Positions 29,867 to 41,106 are shown, counted from the stretch's first letter. The stretch is DNA of 64,000 nucleotides from Spirochaetia bacterium (GCA_965203905.1 CBDBDQ010000005.1:1184001-1248000); one strand, 5' to 3'. A program made the numbers and translations. The notes: a model not told the origin generated them from the letters alone.

Positions 29867-31068
29867 GAATGCACCCCTCGATGATGGCGCGCGGCGGGTA
29901 GGGCGGCAGGCGGCTCCTGGCCGGCTACCGGCGGTGCAGACGCTTCCGGAAGTCGGCCTCGCTGACGCAGGCGGTGGCGGCCGCGACGATGGCGTGGCGG
30001 GGCAGTTCGGCGAAGCCGGACACGCCGGGGAATCCGGGCGAGAGCACGATGCCGCGCGCCGCCAACAGCGCTCGTGCAAACTCGATGCGTTCTTCCGCGC
30101 GGCCTTCCGCGCGGCTGCGGCGGCGCTGCGCGCCCAGCAGGGGGTCGTCGTCCGGGCCGGTGCCCTCCCGCTCCCCGAGCGCCGCTCCCACCCGCTCCAG
30201 TACCACGCTGGTCGGCACCGAAAGCGTGTCCTCGTTCAGCGCCACGTGGATCTCCGCCGCCGTCCAGCCAGGAAACGCCCGGCTCTCCGCCACCTGCCGA
30301 TACGCCCCATCCTCCAGCAGGTGGATGGTCAGTCCCGAGCGCCGGCTGCGCGGCCGGCTCGGCGCACCCACATCGGGCACCTCGATCCACACTTCCGGAA
30401 ACCCCCACGCCTCGTACTGCGGCAGCTTGCGCCGGCGCGCGTCGGTGCTGTGGTCCACTTCCAGCACCACCTCCGGGAAGTCGTGCTCGCCGACCGTCAG
30501 CACCGGGCGCGGCAACCGGGCGCGCGCCGGGTGCAGGTACACCAGCTCGTCCGCCTGCATGATGAGCCGCGCCTTGCCGTGCGCGTCGCGCTCGGTCAGG
30601 TCGGTGCTGCCGAGGCACTTCACCGGCGCGCCGCGCACCTGGGAAATGAGCTTGGCCGACTCCGTCAAGAGGCGCGTGGGGCCTTCGTGATAGGAGCTCA
30701 CCGGATCGCAGATCCAGGCGGTCTCGGAGACGGTGTCCCAGTACTCCAGCCGGATCTCGCAGTCGTCCAGTTCCTCGCGCGGCAGGCGCACCGGCTTGCA
30801 GCCGGGGAAGTCCGCCGCCGTGGGCGGCTGGAAGCCGGGCGCCGGGTCCGCGGGCTGAGCCGTTCCCGGCGCCGGGGCCGGCGCCTCGACCTGCGGACCG
30901 AGCGGGCGTACCGAAGCCATGCCGGCACGGTACGGCATTCCCCCGGCCCGATGCAACCGCGCGCTCCGGACGGACGCGCCCTGACCGCAGCCCTTTCGGT
31001 CGTGCCGGCCACCACGATTGTCTCGGTAGTGTCGGTACCGTGCACTACCACACAGAAAGAATGCACCC
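29867..31068. mobile_element. Degenerate copy of the MITE-Uma2-MITE unit
   Basis: gaatgcaccc + ctcgatgat at left, Uma2 gene, partial MITE 30966-31068 ending gaatgcaccc; homologous to 59292-60795. Confidence 0.7.
29925..30920 (-). CDS. Uma2 (DUF820) family PD-(D/E)XK endonuclease
   Basis: QADELVY, PEVVLEVDHST, YEAWGFPEVW; near-identical to 59529-60530. Confidence 0.85.
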   Translation of the reverse strand: MASVRPLGPQVEAPAPAPGTAQPADPAPGFQPPTAADFPGCKPVRLPREELDDCEIRLEYWDTVSETAWICDPVSSYHEGPTRLLTESAKLISQVRGAPVKCLGSTDLTERDAHGKARLIMQADELVYLHPARARLPRPVLTVGEHDFPEVVLEVDHSTDARRRKLPQYEAWGFPEVWIEVPDVGAPSRPRSRRSGLTIHLLEDGAYRQVAESRAFPGWTAAEIHVALNEDTLSVPTSVVLERVGAALGEREGTGPDDDPLLGAQRRRSRAEGRAEERIEFARALLAARGIVLSPGFPGVSGFAELPRHAIVAAATACVSEADFRKRLHRR

Positions 31069-31489
31069 GCTCGGATACCCTCGGATACCCGGGCCGGCGC
31101 CGCCGGGCAGATGCCTGAAGATGTGAAGATGTTGCGAGCCATACCCTCTTCAACGGGCCCCGGTTCGCCGCGCTTTCGGCGCTCGGGCTCCACCGCTACC
31201 TGGCCTCCCCGCGGTGCGAACCCGGAATGGGTGTGGGTTATACAACCTGGAACTGCTCGTAGTATCGGCGCCGTCCATACGCCGTCTTCAAGGGCGTGCG
31301 CCAGCGGCGAACGTCCGCGGCCTGCCTCACGCCTGACCCCGCTCAGGTGGGCACTTGCCTCTAGACCGAACGAGACGATACCGGGCCGAACATCCAATTG
31401 GCAAAGGGGCTCTCCACCGCCGTCGTTATCAGCCGAACGACCAACGCGCCGCCACCTGGCTTCCATAGCGGAACCGACTCGAGAGCTTC

Positions 31490-31597
31490 TCAGCGTTTCT
31501 TGTCTTTGCGGTCGCGGGCCACGATATAGACCACCCATCCGCACGCCGCTGCGAAACACAAAGCGAATACCACGATGATTACAATACTCGACCCCAT
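31490..31597 (-). CDS. Candidate 35-aa single-pass membrane peptide
   Basis: Manual translation MGSSIVIIVVFALCFAAACGWVVYIVARDRKDKKR*. Confidence 0.4.
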   Translation of the reverse strand: MGSSIVIIVVFALCFAAACGWVVYIVARDRKDKKR

Positions 31598-32117
31598 CGC
31601 AGCAGCACTCACTACCCGCTCATGTCAGCAGTATGGCCGTCAGCAGCCAACAGAGCACCGGCAGTGAAATGCTGTCATCGGTTGCCGACCATGCCCCTTG
31701 ATCGTTGCCCGGCCACGGAGACTCAGGCAAACCGGTGTCGGCGTATACATCGGCCCATATCTCGACCGAGCGTGACGCCGTAACTGCCCGCCGGCACCCT
31801 ATCACCATTGGAATCGCAGTACGGCAACCGCTGCCACCCTGCCCCATGCAGTAGAGCGATTCATTTGATTAATTGGGCGCCACCCTAACAGTACCGGGAA
31901 CGACCAGTCAAACCGCGTGACCACAGTGTGTCGGAACCGTGACTTCCGCCCCTTCAGCGGCCCTCAGACGCATCGCAGGGCCAATAACGCCCCGCGGCCT
32001 GGGCGAAGATCAACGCAGAGTCACCGGCCCGCTGCCGATGGTTCAGCAACTCAAGTGCCCTGGTGCTCGGCCGGTCGGGCCGGTCGGGGAACGGCGGTCG
32101 CAAGTGCACCCCGCGGT

Positions 32118-32330
32118 GTCCTGCAGCGCTACGCAGCAGCCCTGGTAGCGTTACAAACCGCAAGCGACCTCGACCCCGGCAACGTGGACGTCCGGATCAA
32201 CCAGGGGCTCGTGCTCCATCACCTGGGCCGAACCGACGAAGCGCTGCAAAGCCTGGACCGGGCGCTCACAATGGCCCCGAACCTGCAACGGGCAAATGAC
32301 GCCCGCGCGCAAGTCGTTCACCAGGGGGAT
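32118..32330 (+). pseudogene. TPR-protein fragment
   Basis: YAAALVALQTASDLDPGNVDVRINQGLVLHHLGRTDEALQSLDRAL..AP; no start context. Confidence 0.6.
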
Positions 32331-32399
32331 ACCGACGCGCCGTGGTCGGAAATCGCACGCACACGGCCGTGGCGCCCGCGGCGCCGGCGTGCTCATGGG

Positions 32400-33950
32400 T
32401 CAGCCGTCGGCCACCTCGAAGGCGGTGACGTTGCGCGTCTTGCGGCTGAACTCCACGCCGATCAGGTGGATCGGCTCCCCCCGGCCTCGGTACTTGGCCG
32501 CGTAGTCCCGCTCCTGCAACTGCGCCAGCGCCGACCCCGGTGGCGCCATCTCCGCCACCTTGAACTCGAACAGGTACACGTGCCCGCCGGCGCGCACCGC
32601 CATGTCCAGCCGCCCGTGGCTGCTCGACTCCTCGACCGCGATCTCGTAGCCCAGCGCCGCAAAGTACGAGTAGAACACGCTCGCATAGAAGCCCTCGTAA
32701 TTCGCTATGTCGTTGCTTGTGTACCACTGGTAGGGAATGCTCGCGAAGAATGCCTGGAACAGTTCCTCCAGCCCGGCGCAGTCGTGCTCCGCAAGCAGGC
32801 GCGCCAGGCGCATGCTGTTCGCCATCTGCCGCTCCGCATCCTGCACCAGATGGCGCAGCAGGTGATCGTTCAGACTCTGGCGCACCTCCCGGTTCGGATA
32901 GCCCAGCCGGTACAGCGCCATGCCACCCAGCCGCTCCTCCCCCGTGATCGTCAGGTAGCCGGTCTGGAACAGCAGCGCCTCGGTGCCGATGTGATGCACG
33001 TCGAACGACGACAGCAGCGCCTCGGTGCTCACCGTCCGGTCCAGTGACACCGACGCGATGCGGCGCTCGAACAGCGTGTCCACCAGAAACGCCGGCGTAC
33101 CCGTCTCGAACCAGTGCGCGGCGAACTCCCGGCGGTCGAACAGCAAGAGCAGGTCGTACGGATTGTACACCTTGGTCTCGCCGCGCCACCGGTAGCCGTT
33201 GTACCACTCACGCACCTGCTCTCGGTCCAGTCCGTCAAGTTCCGGGGCGAACACCGTGTCGAGGTCATCCTCGGTGTAGCCGCAGATCGACGAGTAGCGA
33301 CGGTGCAGGGTGAGGTCGGTGAGGTTGTTCAGTTGCGAGAAGAGGTTACCCTTCGAGAACTTGCTGATGCCGGTCAGGAAGGTGAACTGCACGTGCGCGT
33401 CGCAGTCCTTGATCACCCCGTACAGGCCGCGCAGGTAGTCGCGGTTGGCGCGCGCCACCTCCGGCGCCTCCACCAGCGCGTCCAGGATCGGCTTGTCGTA
33501 CTCGTCCACCAGCACTGCCACGCGCTTTCCCGTCTGCCCGTGCAGCGCCTCCAGCAGATACGCGAACCGGCCCGCCGCCGTCAGGTACTCGGTTACCAGC
33601 CCGGCCCGCCGCTCGGCGGCCGCGAGCTGCTCCATCACGTTTGCCTCCAGAGTTCCACGCTCCATGAAGGTGCCGCCGCCGAAGCTCAGCCGCACCACCG
33701 GGTGCCGCTGCGACCAGTCGTGCCGGTCGTGGATGTGCAACCCCTCGAACAGCTCCTCGTTGCCCTCGAAGAACTCCTTCAGCGTGTCCAGAAACAGACT
33801 CTTGCCGAACCGCCGCGGCCGCGACAGGAAATAGTGCTTGCCTTCGCGGAGCAGCCGTTCGACGTACGGCGTCTTGTCCACGTAGTAGCAGTCCTCTTCC
33901 CGCAGCTCGCGGAAAGTCTGGATGCCGAGCGGCAGCCGGCGCCTGGTCAT
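32400..33950 (-). CDS. AAA-ATPase-like + PD-(D/E)XK (DUF1703-type) protein, intact
   Basis: LPLGIQTF, YVDKT, SRPRRFGKS, LVDEYDKP, WFETGTP, GRLDM..YLFEFK. Confidence 0.92.
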   Translation of the reverse strand: MTRRRLPLGIQTFRELREEDCYYVDKTPYVERLLREGKHYFLSRPRRFGKSLFLDTLKEFFEGNEELFEGLHIHDRHDWSQRHPVVRLSFGGGTFMERGTLEANVMEQLAAAERRAGLVTEYLTAAGRFAYLLEALHGQTGKRVAVLVDEYDKPILDALVEAPEVARANRDYLRGLYGVIKDCDAHVQFTFLTGISKFSKGNLFSQLNNLTDLTLHRRYSSICGYTEDDLDTVFAPELDGLDREQVREWYNGYRWRGETKVYNPYDLLLLFDRREFAAHWFETGTPAFLVDTLFERRIASVSLDRTVSTEALLSSFDVHHIGTEALLFQTGYLTITGEERLGGMALYRLGYPNREVRQSLNDHLLRHLVQDAERQMANSMRLARLLAEHDCAGLEELFQAFFASIPYQWYTSNDIANYEGFYASVFYSYFAALGYEIAVEESSSHGRLDMAVRAGGHVYLFEFKVAEMAPPGSALAQLQERDYAAKYRGRGEPIHLIGVEFSRKTRNVTAFEVADG

Positions 33951-34158
33951 GGACTACTGATTTTCGCAGTAGAGAAGGGCGACGTTCGCAGGGCGATAAA
34001 CGGCTCCATGCTTCCGCAACCGCTCGGGTTGACGCGCTGAGCGGCCATCAACACCCGAGAGCGTCGCCGACAAAGGGCTTCCCGTATTGTCCCCACATCG
34101 GCGCGAGTCTGCACGGCAAGAGGATGGTCCGGATCAAGTTGCTCGGACCGTTGTTCAG

Positions 34159-34560
34159 TCATCGTCGTGTTCCGGGTAGCCTGGCTTCGAGTTCGGCGAT
34201 CCGGGCCTCCGCCTCCTGCCGTGGCTGCCGTTCGCGCTGGCGTCCCTGCTCGGCCTGCTGCCATCTCCGTTCCGCCCGCTCCCGCGCCTGACGTTCCCGC
34301 TGCCGCGCTTCGCGGTGCTCGGTGAGCGACAGCAGGTCGTCGCCCGCCACCGGATCGTGGAAGCGAAAGCCCCGCTCCGTCATCCGTAACTCCAGCCCGA
34401 GCACCCTGCTGTACAGCGCCTGCCTGCCCTCTGCCGACCCACGTTCCGTAATCCGGCGGTACCTGCCTCCTGCGAGGCGCAACCCCTGCAGCCGCGGCTG
34501 CAGACTGTCGTCGGTCAGATTGCCGTCGGTCGGATCGTACTGCCAGTACTCGGACACTAC
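34159..34560 (-). pseudogene. Uma2 gene lacking its N-terminal half
   Basis: Promoter/RBS cassette joined directly to EYWQYDPT...LQGLRL...AEARIAELEARL. Confidence 0.75.
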
Positions 34561-34950
34561 GCTGCCTCCTGACCACGCCAGCATACCATGCGCCGGCCGC
34601 CACGAGAATCGTACCGCGGCCGGCGCCACCGGGCAGGTGCTTGAAGATGTTGGGCACGGTGGCCAGCCCGAGCACAGCGCCGCGCAGTTCTCCGGCAAGC
34701 GTGGGCGCCAGCATCTGCGCCGACGCTGGCCGACGCCTCGCACCCGGACGAATTGGTGCAGGTCAGCGGGACCGCCACGCGGATGCTACCGAACCGGGAA
34801 CTCTACGCCGGCGGGTGCGAGAACGCGAGAGTGCGAGAAGGGAGCGCGTCACTGTGTGGGGTACTGCCGCTGTCGTCGCCGCCCGTGAGCATCAGCACGA
34901 TGCGATTCGACAGCGTCCAGAGAGGTCACCAACGCTGCCGGTTTACCACC

Positions 34951-35602
34951 TCACGTTGGCCGGGTTGCGCTCTGATTGGTGCGGCCGAAGCTACGCGGCC
35001 GAAAGCCCTCCCGGTTGGTGATGCTGGCGCTGCTGCCGGTCGCTCTGATGACATACAGCCCCTGGCGCTCCGCGTACACGTCCGCCTTTTCATCCGCCTT
35101 CAGGTATGCCACCGCCCCGTAGGTCCGCTTGCCCCGGCTAGACCGCCGGCGCCTCTTCCGGGAACACCTTCAGCGTCTCGATGAAGTCCGCAACCTGCCT
35201 CACCTTGAGGGTGGTCTTCACCTCCACTGCCACCACCTCGTCGCCGTTGGCGGCAATGATGTCGATCTCCCAGCGCGGCGCGCCGTTTCTGCTCTTCAGG
35301 TTGCACACCGTGTGGTCGACCTCGATGCCGCGCTGGCTGAGCAACTTGACCAGGTCGCCTTCCACCAGGGCTTCCATCAGCTTGCCCCACTGACCGTTGA
35401 ACAGCTCGTCCAGCTTCCGCAGGCGTTCATCGGTTTCCTGCATGCGGCCGTCGGTCTCCGGCATGCGGCGGTCGGTCTCCTGCATGCGGCGGTCGGTCTC
35501 CTGCATGCGGCGGTCGGTCTCGCGCTGGCTGGCCGCGACCTCGTGCAGGATTGCCCAGATCTCCTCGGCGGTGGCGCCGTTGGGATGCCCGTTGTCAGCC
35601 AT
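34951..35602 (-). pseudogene. Coiled-coil + PD-(D/E)XK protein (DUF3782-like), +1 frameshift near 35138
   Basis: ETDRRMQ 21-bp repeats, WGKLMEALV, EIDIIA..VAVEVK; continues in another frame as RGKRTYGAVAYL...GLYVIRATG. Confidence 0.8.
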
Positions 35603-35659
35603 GGAAGTGCCTCAAAGGAGAGTATAGCACTGCCGGCAGCCAGCCTGCCGCTCGGAGTT

Positions 35660-36574
35660 GCCGCGATCGCCGAGGAAGAGAACGTGGTCGCGTTCTACGG
35701 CGACTCGACCGGGTTCGCGCTGCTGTCCGCGTCGGAGGTCAACGAGCGCTACCGGATTCTGATGGGCGGCTCCTCAATGGCTACCGCACTCGCCGATCCG
35801 GTCGAGTATCCGTACCAGTTTCTGACCGGACCCACGTACGCCGAGATGATGGTCCTGCTGCTGGAGTACATCGCGGAACAGGGTGGCGAGGATGGCGCGG
35901 CGCCGCGCGTGGCGCTGTTCTACTCCAACCTGGAGGCAGGCCGGGATCCGATCCCGGCGGCGAAGGAACGGGCGGCGGAACTCGGGATCGAGATTGTCGC
36001 GGAGATCGAGACCCCGCCGGCTGGCATCGATGTGGCACCGGATGTGCTGAAGCTGCGCCGTGCGCGCCCGGACTACGTCATATTCCACGGCTACGTGGTC
36101 ACCGTCTGGCCGGAAGTGATGACGCAGGCGGTACAGTCTGGCGTGGATGCCATGTTCATGGGCACGTTCTGGGCGATGGAGCCGCTGATCATACAGCAGC
36201 TCGGGCCGCTCGCGGACCGCTACATGGGCGTGTTCCCCTACCGCTACTACTGGGAGCAGGAGGAGTCGGCGACGCTGCGGCTGATGAAGCAGGTGACCAG
36301 GCAGGAGTACCTGCCGACCTACGCGTTGCAGGGGTGGTTCTCGGGGATGATCCTCACCGAGGTGATCAAGCGCACGCTGGACGCTGGGCTGGCGCTTACC
36401 GGCGACAACCTCAAGGCGACGCTGGACGCGATCGAGGATTGGGACACCGGCGGCCTGATTGGCGTACCGGTGAGCTTCAAGAACAACTCGATACCAGTGG
36501 GGAGAATCTACCGGGGCAACTCGGCGACTGGGCGCATGGACCCGGTGTCGGACTGGATTCGGCTCGACGACTGA
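35660..36574 (+). pseudogene. N-terminally truncated branched-chain-amino-acid-type ABC substrate-binding protein
   Basis: FYGDSTG, PDYVIFHG, WDTGGL..PVSF; no signal peptide; N-terminus replaced by the divergent gene's promoter. Confidence 0.75.
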
Positions 36575-36663
36575 CGTCCGGATCGCATGCTGGGGACTGC
36601 GGCGTGCCCCGGTACGGTCAGATGCGGTGAGACACCTGCAGCGTGCTACGACTCGTCGCTGCT

Positions 36664-37332
36664 TCAGTCGGCGTCTTCGGGCTCCACTACCTCGATCCCG
36701 ATTTGCCGCAACTCCTCCGCGCGCCGACTATGGATCGAGCCGGCGGCCAGGATCATCCGCGCCGGCTCTACCCCGGTCTCCATCGTGTACAACCGCCGCT
36801 TTCGTTCCAGGCGTTGCGCGATCGACGGCCCCACACTGGCGGCGATTTCTACCAGTAGATGCTGCCCGTCGAAGATCAGGAGGTCGAATTGCTCGCCGGC
36901 GATGGTGCGCTGTTCGACGCTGACGCCAAACGATTCCTCCAAGACTGCCGCCATCGTCTGGCGAAACAGGCTCTCGTTGCGGATTCCCCAGCGCGCGCCA
37001 AGCCGATCTATGGCACGACGCAGTTCGTCGAATCCGGCCTCCACCTTGGTCTCGAGATTCGTCAGCCTGGTCTTGAGTCCCGCCACGTCGGTCTTGAGTC
37101 CCGCCACGTCGGTCTTGGTTCCCGCCACGTCGGTCTTGGTTCCCGCCACGTCGGCCTTGATTTCCGCCACGTCCTTCTCGATGCGGTCCAGTCGCGCCGG
37201 CATGCCAAGAAACTCGTTGGTCAGGAGGGCGCGCAGCAACAGCCGCTGAGCGTCCGGGTTGGCCCGCAACTCCGCGATTATCCGCGCTACCAGGGATTCC
37301 GGATCAAGTTGTTCGGACAGTTGCGCGTTCAT
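36664..37332 (-). CDS. Coiled-coil + PD-(D/E)XK protein (DUF3782/DUF1626-like)
   Basis: KTDVAG(T/L) 21-bp repeats, LGARWG..E..FR, QFDLLI..LLVEI. Confidence 0.75.
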   Translation of the reverse strand: MNAQLSEQLDPESLVARIIAELRANPDAQRLLLRALLTNEFLGMPARLDRIEKDVAEIKADVAGTKTDVAGTKTDVAGLKTDVAGLKTRLTNLETKVEAGFDELRRAIDRLGARWGIRNESLFRQTMAAVLEESFGVSVEQRTIAGEQFDLLIFDGQHLLVEIAASVGPSIAQRLERKRRLYTMETGVEPARMILAAGSIHSRRAEELRQIGIEVVEPEDAD

Positions 37333-37464
37333 CGTCGTGTTCCGGGTTGCGATCGAAGCAACCTATCCTGTCCCTGCAAGCGCATACCGAGCTTGCCATG
37401 ACGCTGCCTCCTGACCACGCCAGCATACCATGCGCCGGCCGGCTGATGGCGTCGCTTACCAGTC

Positions 37465-37812
37465 TTACTCGCCGCCGTCCGGGAGACTGAACTCCTCCAC
37501 CTGGAGCTGCGCCGGGAATCCGGGGCCGTGCGCCGCCCGCACCACCCGCCCGCGAACGGCCACCCGGCGCTGCTGCAGGTGCCACAGCGCGGGAGCATGC
37601 TCGCCGACCAACTCGTAGTGCTCCTCGGCGCCCACCAGCACCAGCATGACGTGCGGGTCGGAGCCGGTCACCGTTACCCTCCCGCTGATCTCGACCACGT
37701 CATCCCCGCTGCCCTCCGGCACCCGCTCCGGCTCGGGCCGGTCGCCGGACGAGGCGCAGGCCAGCACCACCCCGGCGACCAGGACAACCGCGATCCCGGT
37801 TCGCAACCTCAT
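37465..37812 (-). CDS. Small lipoprotein (beta-rich, possibly OB-fold)
   Basis: MRLRTGIAVVLVAGVVLAC lipobox; 115 aa. Confidence 0.7.
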   Translation of the reverse strand: MRLRTGIAVVLVAGVVLACASSGDRPEPERVPEGSGDDVVEISGRVTVTGSDPHVMLVLVGAEEHYELVGEHAPALWHLQQRRVAVRGRVVRAAHGPGFPAQLQVEEFSLPDGGE

Positions 37813-37965
37813 GGCGAGAGCATACCGGTGACCCCGTTCATTGATCGAGCTTGCGCCAGCGGCGAGCTTGACGGGTGCAACGAAATGAGCCACCAATTCC
37901 CTCCTTGTCCCCCATTTGGGGGACCCGACCGACCCGACCCGGCGCACGTACCAAGGAGAGCGACA

Positions 37966-40944
37966 ATGAAATCCAAGCGACCCGGCGAAACGCAACGAGC
38001 ACTTGGACTGCTTGTCCCGGCGCGTTCTGGCCCACGTGATTGCTGGATTGGCGCGCTCCTGGGCGCACTGCTGGTGCTGAGCGGCTGCCAGCAAGGGCCG
38101 GGTACGCCACCCGCGCGCGCAGACGACCATGGGGACAGTCCGGCGACGGCGACGCGGTTGGGGGATGGCGACCGGGTACGAACGAACCGGCTGGTGGCAG
38201 CGACCGCCGACGACATTCTGTCGGTGGAGTTCCGCACCGAAGGAACTCTGACGGAAGGCGACTTCGACTACTTCGTGCTGACGGTAGGCCACGCCGGAAC
38301 CCTGACCGCGCGCACCTCCGGCAGTACCGACACCTACGGGTACCTGGAAGCACGCACCGACCATCACCGCCGCACCGTGTTGGACGAAGACGACAACAGC
38401 GGGGGAGGTGGGAACTTTCGGGTGACTGCCCGGGTAACCCCCGGCATCTACTACATCGGAGTGATGGGCTCCAGCATCACCACGACCGGGTTCTACGAGC
38501 TGTGGGTGAGGTTCAGCGCAACCGCAACGCTGCCGACGTCGGGAACCAAGATGTACTGGACCGACAGCGCAACCGACAAGATACAGCGGGCCAACCTGGA
38601 CGGCTCTCACGTCGAAGATCTCGTAACCGGCCTTGATCTCCCGCTTGGAATCGCCGTTCACAACGACAAGGTGTACTGGACTGACTACGACACGGACAAG
38701 ATACAGCGCGCCAACCTGGACGGCTCCTCCGTCGAAGACCTCGTTAGCGGCCTTGGAAACCCCGAGGGAATCACCATTTACAACGACAAGATGTATTGGA
38801 CTGACCAAGCCACGAACAAGATACAGCGGGCCAACCTGGACGGCTCCTCGGTCGAAGACCTGGTCAGCGGCCTTGCGAACCCCGATGGAATCGCCATTCA
38901 CAACCACAAGGTGTATTGGACTGACGTCGTAACAGACAAGATACAGCGCGCCAACCTGGACGGCTCTCACGTCGAAGATCTGGTTGACGGCCTGGAGCGG
39001 CCGGAAGGAATCGCCATTCACAACGACAAGATGTATTGGACCGACCTCGGCACGGAGAAGATACAGCGGGCCAATCTTGATGGTTCCGATATCGAAGACC
39101 TGGTTACCGGCCTGGCAAGCCCCGATGGAATCGTCATCCACAACGGCAAGATGTACTGGACCGACTTCGGCACGGAAAAGATACAGCGGTCAGACCTTGA
39201 TGGCTCCTATGTCGAAGATCTCGTGACCGACCTGGAAGCACCCAGAGCAATCGCTATCGCGGCGTCCGGCGAGGCGCCGCCACCCGGACCGGAAGACGAC
39301 CGGGAAATCGTGAACACCTACCGTGGGCACGGCGATGAAGTGTTCCACGTCAACCCCAACGGGGAGTCGTTGGAGGACAAGCTCTACACGCTCCAACTGG
39401 GAGACGCGTTCGCCAACGTGTCGTTTGTCGTTACCAATACCAACGCCTACACCGCTCCAGTGACTATCGAGCGCCTCGACACCCCGGCGACACCAACCGA
39501 ACAACGGCCGTCGTTCCCGGAGATGGACGGTCGACTACAATCGGCGGCCGCGCGAACCGAAGTGCCGTGGCGGCAGCGTTGGATCACGGAGTCCAACAAT
39601 TACGGGCGGGTGGCGGTCGGCGGCAGCTTTAACCGCAAGCCACTACCATCGGTGAAACAAAGCGATACCCACATCTTCCTCGACATCAATGACGATGGGC
39701 AGCTTGTGCACATTCCGGCAACTGCGCGCGTGGTGGTGAACGACGGCACGACCACGCTGGTCGTATGGGTTGCCGATACCGACTGGACCACGAGTTGCCC
39801 GCAACCGCCTCCACCGACCTGCGTCGACCGTGCGATGGCCAACGCGGTGGCCGAGCGCTTCCTGCGTCCCGGCAGCGGCAACGACATCTACGACTGGGTG
39901 ACCACGATATTCGGCGAGCCGTGGGGACCGCACTCATACCACGGTCGGATTCCCGCCGAGCATGCGGAACAGATTCACATCCTCGTGTTCGACATCGGTT
40001 TCGACGGCGAAGAAGGCGGGACTGGCGGATTCTTCTGGAGCAAGGATACGGCCATTCGAGACCCTTCATCTCGTTTCAGTTCGAGAGCTTCCAACGAGCG
40101 GCTCATGTTCTACATTGACTCGTATTTCCTGGGACGTGCTGACGGACCAACCTGGGACGTGACCGACTATTCGCCGGCGCGGACGATGGGCACCTTGGCG
40201 CACGAATTCCAGCACATGATACACTACTATCAGAAACGGGTGCGGCACGCGTATGGGCCTGTGAGCGAGTCATGGCTCAACGAGATGGCGTCCGAGGTGA
40301 CCGAGGACCTGGTGGCCCACCAGCTCATGATACACGGTCCGCGCGGGGTCGCGTACGACGATCCCACGGCAGGAAGCCCGCGCAACGGGCGCGGTCGTCT
40401 TCCTCGCTACAACTTCTTCAATTTTATTCAAGTCACGAGATGGGACGGCAGTTTGGTCAACTATTCGACCAGCTACGCGCTGGGCGCGTACCTCGCCCGC
40501 AACTACGGTGGCGCCCCGCTCTTCCGCGAGATCGTGCAGAACAACAAGTCGGGGATCGGAGCCGTGGAGGCGGCGTTGCGTACCCAGGGCCATGCGCTCT
40601 CGTTTGGAGACGTGCTGGCACACTGGGGAGTCGCCAACCTGCTGTCGGACAACACCGGAGCCCCCGCTCCGTATCGATACAACTCCGGCACCTGGAGCAC
40701 CTCCCGTGTCGGCGGCGAGACCTACCGGCTGGGATCGATCAATCTGTACCACTATCGTTACTACTATGAAGAAGACGATTACGCGGACGGGCCAGTCTCT
40801 TTCTGGTTCGAAGGATTCAACGACGGTTTCTGGCAAAACCCGCACTCCAACGTGTACACGACACTGGACCGCAACACCGGTACCGTTCGCCTCCGCATGA
40901 GTGCCGACCCGGGCATCCGGATCACGGCAGTGGTCAAGGAGTGA
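37966..40944 (+). CDS. Lipoprotein: PPC-like domain + six YWTD repeats + M30-type Zn metallopeptidase
   Basis: RBS aaggag, lipobox LSGC, D.DYF...DTYG.L...DD.SG...NF, 6x YWTD..KIQRANLDGS, HEFQHMIH...WLNE. Confidence 0.88.
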   Translation: MKSKRPGETQRALGLLVPARSGPRDCWIGALLGALLVLSGCQQGPGTPPARADDHGDSPATATRLGDGDRVRTNRLVAATADDILSVEFRTEGTLTEGDFDYFVLTVGHAGTLTARTSGSTDTYGYLEARTDHHRRTVLDEDDNSGGGGNFRVTARVTPGIYYIGVMGSSITTTGFYELWVRFSATATLPTSGTKMYWTDSATDKIQRANLDGSHVEDLVTGLDLPLGIAVHNDKVYWTDYDTDKIQRANLDGSSVEDLVSGLGNPEGITIYNDKMYWTDQATNKIQRANLDGSSVEDLVSGLANPDGIAIHNHKVYWTDVVTDKIQRANLDGSHVEDLVDGLERPEGIAIHNDKMYWTDLGTEKIQRANLDGSDIEDLVTGLASPDGIVIHNGKMYWTDFGTEKIQRSDLDGSYVEDLVTDLEAPRAIAIAASGEAPPPGPEDDREIVNTYRGHGDEVFHVNPNGESLEDKLYTLQLGDAFANVSFVVTNTNAYTAPVTIERLDTPATPTEQRPSFPEMDGRLQSAAARTEVPWRQRWITESNNYGRVAVGGSFNRKPLPSVKQSDTHIFLDINDDGQLVHIPATARVVVNDGTTTLVVWVADTDWTTSCPQPPPPTCVDRAMANAVAERFLRPGSGNDIYDWVTTIFGEPWGPHSYHGRIPAEHAEQIHILVFDIGFDGEEGGTGGFFWSKDTAIRDPSSRFSSRASNERLMFYIDSYFLGRADGPTWDVTDYSPARTMGTLAHEFQHMIHYYQKRVRHAYGPVSESWLNEMASEVTEDLVAHQLMIHGPRGVAYDDPTAGSPRNGRGRLPRYNFFNFIQVTRWDGSLVNYSTSYALGAYLARNYGGAPLFREIVQNNKSGIGAVEAALRTQGHALSFGDVLAHWGVANLLSDNTGAPAPYRYNSGTWSTSRVGGETYRLGSINLYHYRYYYEEDDYADGPVSFWFEGFNDGFWQNPHSNVYTTLDRNTGTVRLRMSADPGIRITAVVKE
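38548..39262 (+). repeat. Six 120-bp (40-aa) YWTD / LDL-receptor class B repeats
   Basis: K(M/V)YWTD...KIQRANLDGS.VEDLV.GL..P.GIA counted six times. Confidence 0.92.
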
Positions 40945-41106
40945 GGCGAACGGAAGCATGGCGTTGATCGAACCAACGGGCGAGCGAACGCGGAATCGAT
41001 CCGCTGCCGTCGCCGTTTGCTACCGGCTCCATAGGGCCGGGGTTCACCTGACGTTACCCAATGCCCGTCATCGGGACCAGGAGCACCAACCAAGTATTCG
41101 AATCAC

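Noticed and set aside
26638-35053. 108-bp repeat ending ...tgatgaca (26638-26745, 34946-35053) as an IS end or composite-transposon boundary
   Set aside because: On the minus strand it is the coding 3' end (VIRATGSSASITN...) of the frameshifted gene 34951-35602
25790-37812. Integron cassette array
   Set aside because: Genes are in mixed orientation, and no tyrosine integrase or recurring attC-like site was seen
37813-39141. 558-aa minus-strand repeat protein (ORF 37465..39141)
   Set aside because: Antisense shadow of the YWTD repeats; only the last 115 codons with a lipobox look real
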